Part shown: positions 58,566-64,000 of the stretch, piece by piece
Numbering within the stretch: position 1 is the stretch's first letter
Layout of the letters: every line of letters begins with the position of its first letter
DNA from: the human T2T-CHM13v2.0 reference genome, Homo sapiens
DNA: 64,000 nt
Assembly: GCF_009914755.1 (NCBI RefSeq)
Contig: NC_060934.1
Reading direction: 5' to 3' (one strand)
Position numbers and translations under genes: made by a program
Notes under the pieces: model-generated
Database searches by the model: none
Seen by the model: only the letters and a program-made list of their open reading frames with translations
Told to the model about the DNA's origin: nothing

Positions 58566-60479
58566 CCCATACTATCTAGAACTCTTCCTCTTGACCAATG
58601 TGCATTGTCTGCCTGGTTCTGCCTTACTGCACTTCTCTGGTTATTGCTCAGAAATGCTGTGGATATTGACTTATCGGACCAAGTTTGGGATGGGCAAGTG
58701 ACCAGGCTCAGCATCCGATTAATTCAAGCATCCACACCTGCATGGGCTCCAGGACCAAACAAGGTCTTGGACAGGAAGATGGGAGCCACTCTTTTCAAAG
58801 CCTCCAGAATGCCAGTCTCTTTCGGGCCTAGGAGAGACTGAAGAGGCATTCCTCCCTCTTACTGCCATCTACACGGTCTTAGGGAAAGGGGAGAGACTGA
58901 TTTTCACTGCAAATTCTCATAGATTTTTTTTTAACTGATCTGAAGCACAAATCCAACTCATTACCTTTAGCGGTGTACACTGGTATTTAGGGAAATCAGG
59001 TCGCAGGAAATCACATGTGTATACAGGCACGGGTATATTTATATTTTAAATTCATTAGAGTTTCCTAAATGCAAGAGCAATTCTGCTGTCACAGAGAAAC
59101 AGCATGGCAGAATATTTGGCAGCTGGGATTTTAAATAAAACATGCTTTTTCTTCATAATTAATATAACAAGGTTTCCTGGCTTAGGACTTGGCAACGATC
59201 CCAGGAAAAATGGTTGGGGGGGAGGGGGTTGGTGCGCCATGCCTGTGACCCGCAAACAAGTTCCAGGAAAAGTTGATGCTGAGTAAGTTCTCCTTAGTCG
59301 GCTCTTCCGGCACTCTGAGAAAACAGAACAAACTCACTGACAACAGTGGCTATTAATAATAGGAGTAGTAAGAGTAATCGTAATAATTAATAGTAGCAGC
59401 AACCACGTATGAAGTCTTTACATTTGCCAGATGTGGCATGCTTTATGTTTATTATCTCATTTAAGCTTCTCTCAAACCCTATGAGTTAGGGACCAATGTC
59501 ATTCTCATTTTACAGACAAGAAACTAAGCATAGAGCAGTTAAATCATCTACTCAAGATGGCACCTCTGGGAGATTACAGCTCTGGGATTCAAGGTCTGCC
59601 CAACGCCTAGTTCTATGCTCACAAGCACTGTGGTTGAGATCATCATGCCTGGCACTGCCCAAAGACAAACAAGACCGTTTTGTGTGGTATCAAAGGTGTC
59701 AAAATGGGCAGCAGCCTGAGACTCCAGCTTCCAGCAGGAGACAAAGTCGCTCCCATCTGGACGTTCCCTCAATAGCCCCGAAGCTTTGCTTTCCCTTTGC
59801 TTTCCGACACCACAAGGATCGAGTCTTGCCGGCTAGCAAACCAGTTCGTTCAGTGTTTTCAAAACTTCAGTCATGAATGAAGCCATCTTCAGAAATTCTG
59901 CCAAAGCCCAAATTAGTTTCTTAATACTTTTGTTAAAGACTCACCTTTTCTCTACCTAAATTGATTTAGTTCTAAAGGAAATTGTCATTACTACAAAGAA
60001 AGCGAAGTGATGTCATTGAATTCTAGCTGGCTGCTGTTGACATGCTAAAGCTCTGAGCCTGAAGCGGCTTTATCCTCCTTAGAGGAAAGATCAGCAGGAG
60101 GCAGAGGATAGAGACACCAGCACCCCCCAGTCCTTCCCCCTGGTGGGATTGGAAGGCTTGACAGTCAACCTGAGAAAAGAAAGACTTTCTCACGCTGTGT
60201 TTTCTGTTTTATTCTAATGCTGTTACTTCACGTCCTGGCTAGGCACCATCTCAATCAACTCAGATACCCGCAGTGGCTCACATCTGATGCCACGGAAAGC
60301 GCAGGAGTGAGCACAGCTTCAGCAGAGGTGGTGCTGATGCCTAGCGGGGGAGTTACCTTCCTGAAGCCCTGGGCTATTTGCTGGGGCTGACTGACCAAAA
60401 AGGGAAACATGGGGGCTTGTGCTTATGAGGCGGCCCCACGCTCAGCTGTGCTTTGGTTTTGTCCACTTGCTTGTCTTAA

Positions 60480-60775
60480 TTTTTTTTTTTTCTTAGACGG
60501 AGTCTCGCTCTGTTGCCCAGGCTGGAGTGCAATGGCGCAATCTTGGCTCAATGCGACCTCTGCCTGCCAGGTTAAAGCGATTCTCCTGACTCAGCCTCCT
60601 GAGTAGCTGGGATTACAGGCAACTGCCACCACGCCCAGCTAATTTTTGTATTCTTAGCAGAGACAGGGTTTCACCATCCTGGCCAGGCTGGTGTCAAACT
60701 CCTGACCTTAAGTGATCCACCCGCCCTGGCCTCCCAAAGTGCTGGGATTACCGGCGTGAGCCACCGTGCCCAGCC
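60480..60775 (-). mobile_element. AluS in intron 1
   Basis: Antisense dimer. Confidence 0.93.
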
Positions 60776-61149
60776 TTCGCTTGCCTTTTAAAAGGGCTTC
60801 CAAGAGCATTATCATATGCAGAATTTTTACCCAGTCTCCTTGTCTTGGATGGCCTCACTCCCTAACCTTCAAAGCTCCCCTCCACCACCATCTGTTTGCA
60901 CCAAGTCCCTGGGATGAGCCATTTGTACAGATATTTCTCACCAAGTCTCACCTGCGGAGTAATCATTGCAAATGCCATATTCTTCCTGAGCAGCCAAAGT
61001 TCCTTGAATAAAACATTGGAATTGGGAAAGGGAATTCTTACTTTTATAATTGGGGAAACTGAGGCACAGAGAGACTCAACAAATTGCACAGGAGCAAAGA
61101 TAGGCCCTGAGTCTCCTCAGCCAGAAGCTTCACACCCAAGAGAGCTTGG

Positions 61150-61327
61150 TATAACCAAAGCGTGGCCAAGGGCAGAGTCGCCTGGGCACTGGAGGAAGAT
61201 GTGTGTTGTGTTCCCAGCCCACCTCAGACCCATGGACGCCAAACCTCTGCGGGTGGGCCCCAGGGATCTGTATTTTTATCAAGTTCCCCAGACAATTCTT
61301 ATGCACATTGAGGTTTAAGAACCAATG
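61150..61327. mobile_element. MER5-like hAT MITE
   Basis: GGGTGGGCCCCAGGGATCTGTATTTTTATCAAGTTCCCCAG...ATTCTTATGCAC...GTTTAAGAACCA. Confidence 0.6.
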
Positions 61328-61914
61328 TCTTTAAAATGGAAATTCTCCGGATGTAACAAATGGGACTCTTCTCTTTCTGCCCATTGCCCCTGTCCCATCT
61401 CTGCCTGCCACTGTCACACGAAGCTGCAGCTCAGCCCTTAGCTGGGTAGGGTCTGAGTGGCCAGCTCTGGGCTTTAGAGCAGGGAAGCTGCACAGAATCC
61501 CTCTGAGCCAGGCATAGGTGATTGGCGTCAGAGCCAGGAGACTTGAGCCTGAGTCCCTCCCCTGCCCCAATGTGTCCATGTCCTTACACAAGCCACTTCA
61601 CCATGCTGGGCCTCATCTTCCTCCTCTGCAGATGAAGGGTCTGAGCCAGTTCCTCTCTACAGTGGCTCCTGGCTCATCACTGTGGTCTGGTGAACAGCTT
61701 CACCCAGGTGTCCAGGAAGGAAACCACCCACAGGCACTGCTGGCCAGCACCTTCACCTTTGGCTTCCACATTCTCCCTTGAGAGTTTTGCCCCCTTCCCC
61801 TGAGCTTCAGGTGAAAGCAAAGCTGCAGTGAACCTGCCAGTCTTGAGACGGCATTGAGCAATGTGTGCAAAAGCCAGAAGGGCAAGATTCCTGTGCCTAC
61901 GAAGGGATGGAGTT

Positions 61915-62678
61915 GCACCACTTCACACCTATTAGGATGGCTCACTTCATACCTATTAGGATGGCTATCATTTTCGAGAATGGGGAATAACAAGTGTGGG
62001 TGAGAATGTGGAGTAATTGGAACCCTCAGGCCTCGCTGGTAGGTATGTAAAATGGTGCAGCCACTGTGGAAAACAGTATGGCGGTCCCTGACAAAGTTAA
62101 TCGTAGAACTACCCTAGGACCCAGCAATTCCACATCTAAGTACATATCTGAAAGAACTGAAAGCAGAGACTTGAACAGAAATCTGTACACCAATGTTCAT
62201 AGCAGTATTATTCACAATAGCCAAAAGGTGTAAATGACCCATGTCCATCAAGAGATGAATGCATAAACAACATGTGATTAGATAGAGACAATGGAATACT
62301 ATTTAGCTGTAAAAAGGAAGGAAAGTTTGATACATGCTACCTAGAAGACCTTGGAAACATGATGCACAGTGAAATAAAGGCAGTCCCAGAAGGACAAATA
62401 TTGTAGGATTCCGCTTCCATGAGATACTTAGAATTGCCAAATGCACAGAGACAGAAAGTAGGCTAGAGATTAGCAGGGCTGAGGGAGAATAAGAAGGAGG
62501 CGTTTCTGTTCAACGAGTACAGTCCATGCTGGGGATGACGAAAAAGTTTGGGGATTAGAGAGTGGTGATGGGTACACAGCATTGTGAATGTAATTAGTAT
62601 CACTGAAAGGTACACTTACAAATGGTCAAAACGATAAATGTGATGTTCTGTATATGTTACCACAATTTTCAAATAAAA
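61915..62678 (+). mobile_element. L1MB-like 3' end in HABP2 intron 1
   Basis: ORF2 C-terminus/3'UTR motifs (GTAAAATGGTGCAGCCACTGTGGAAAACAG; GACCCAGCAATTCCAC; ATGGAATACTATT). Confidence 0.85.
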
Positions 62679-64000
62679 GGACTGAGTGGCTTGGCACAAC
62701 TGCTCATCTTAGTGTCTTCTAGGATAAAGTTGGTTAGACAGAAAGTCAAGGAGGGGCAGAGAGAGAAGGAGCCCGTGTCTCTGAATCCTACTGATTTACA
62801 GTGTAATCTTCTTGGGGGTGGGGAGTGTATACGTCTAGTCTATTTTGTCCTATCTTTAATCCAGTGATGATTTCAACTCAGGCTGAAATGACATCGCTTA
62901 TCTTTGTAGCAGGAGCCAGAGAAGAACAACATGAGGGAGGATTTGGCCTGGGCACTGGCAGCCACTGCCCTCTGCCACCTCCACTACTCGCTCTGGCCTT
63001 GAGCTCTTTGCCCAGCAAGGGGACTGGCCCTGCTGAACTGTGCACACTTGTCCCTGTCCACCTTCCAGTCCAGAGGTTGCAGCCTCAACCATGGCCATGG
63101 TACAGAGGTCTCTCCTCCCCAGCTGCCCTTGGGAGTAACGCACCTCCCTGGTGGTTGGCAACATGTGGCCTACCACCAGGCATAGGGTAGAACATGCAAG
63201 GAAGAAGAGATGGTGTGATTAGAGTCCCAACCTTTTATCCAGCAAGCAGAAGATTTCTCTGCTCTTAGTTCATTCTGAGCTGAGCCTCTGTCCCCAAAAG
63301 ACAAATCTGGCCCTATCTCCCCCATCACTGCCTCCTAATCCCTCTGAGAACATTTTCTACCAACGAATTTCTGGAACACATCAACTCAGACTGTTAGGCT
63401 TTTTGTTTTGTCTTCCAGAAGTTTTGGAATTCTGGAAGGCAGAGGAAGAATCTTAGTTGAAATAATCACTGGATTAAATATAGGACAAAATAGACTTGAT
63501 GTATGTGCACCCCACCCACAAGGAGATTACACTGTAAATCAGTAAGACTCAGAGACACGGGATCCTTTTCTCCCTGCCTTCCTCACTAACCAACCTTAAC
63601 CTGGGAGGACACCAGACTTTGAGACTCTGGTGGCTTAGGGAGTTTAACATTGCTAAGGGCCTGCTCCTAACCTTGAAGTCAGTGTTCTGAGCCAGGGATC
63701 CATTGAGAAAGCCCAAGTGCGGAGTAGAATAAACAGTCGTTGGATCTAGAATGGTCTTGCTAAATATACTACAAAGCAGCTACCTTACCATGTGCAGAAG
63801 CAGCAGCGTCCACCCTTTAAGAGAAGACGGGTCAGCTGGGACCATGTGCTATTTTAGCCCTGTTGAAACTAGGAATGGATGTGGTGGGAGAAGTGGGCAG
63901 TGGCTTACGTGCCTTTTGATCTGAGTGAAGATGTTTGTTAAGATGTGTTTACCGCAGTAGGCTGGCCAAGGCTCAATCTGACTTTTGTACTTTCTCCAGC

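Overview
Human (or great-ape) genomic DNA, roughly half interspersed repeats. The only protein-coding sequence I can support is the first coding exon of HABP2 (hyaluronan-binding protein 2 / factor VII-activating protease, FSAP) on the + strand at 54748-54816. It encodes the 23-aa signal peptide MFARMSDLHVLLLMALVGKTACG, sits behind a liver-type promoter (HNF1, AP-1, forkhead motifs), and is followed by about 9 kb of intron 1; exon 2 is not in the window. A probable L2-derived alternative non-coding first exon lies about 2.2 kb upstream. The first ~52 kb is intergenic, with about 25 Alus, old L1/L2/MIR, MaLR/ERV LTRs and Tigger/Charlie MITEs. It also holds a near full-length dead Hsmar1 mariner (Alu-interrupted, nested in an L1) and two half-MADE1 elements, one with a perfect SETMAR-binding core. 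The ORF-track entries are repeat-derived or chance ORFs. I see no novel gene system. The most unusual features are structural: a ~308-bp inverted duplication that captured half an Alu plus its flank, a ~280-bp direct duplication beside the half-MADE1s with a templated 28-bp patch copied into an L1, and repeated reuse of the same retrotransposon target sites. Repeat subfamily names come from remembered consensus sequences and need RepeatMasker/Dfam confirmation.
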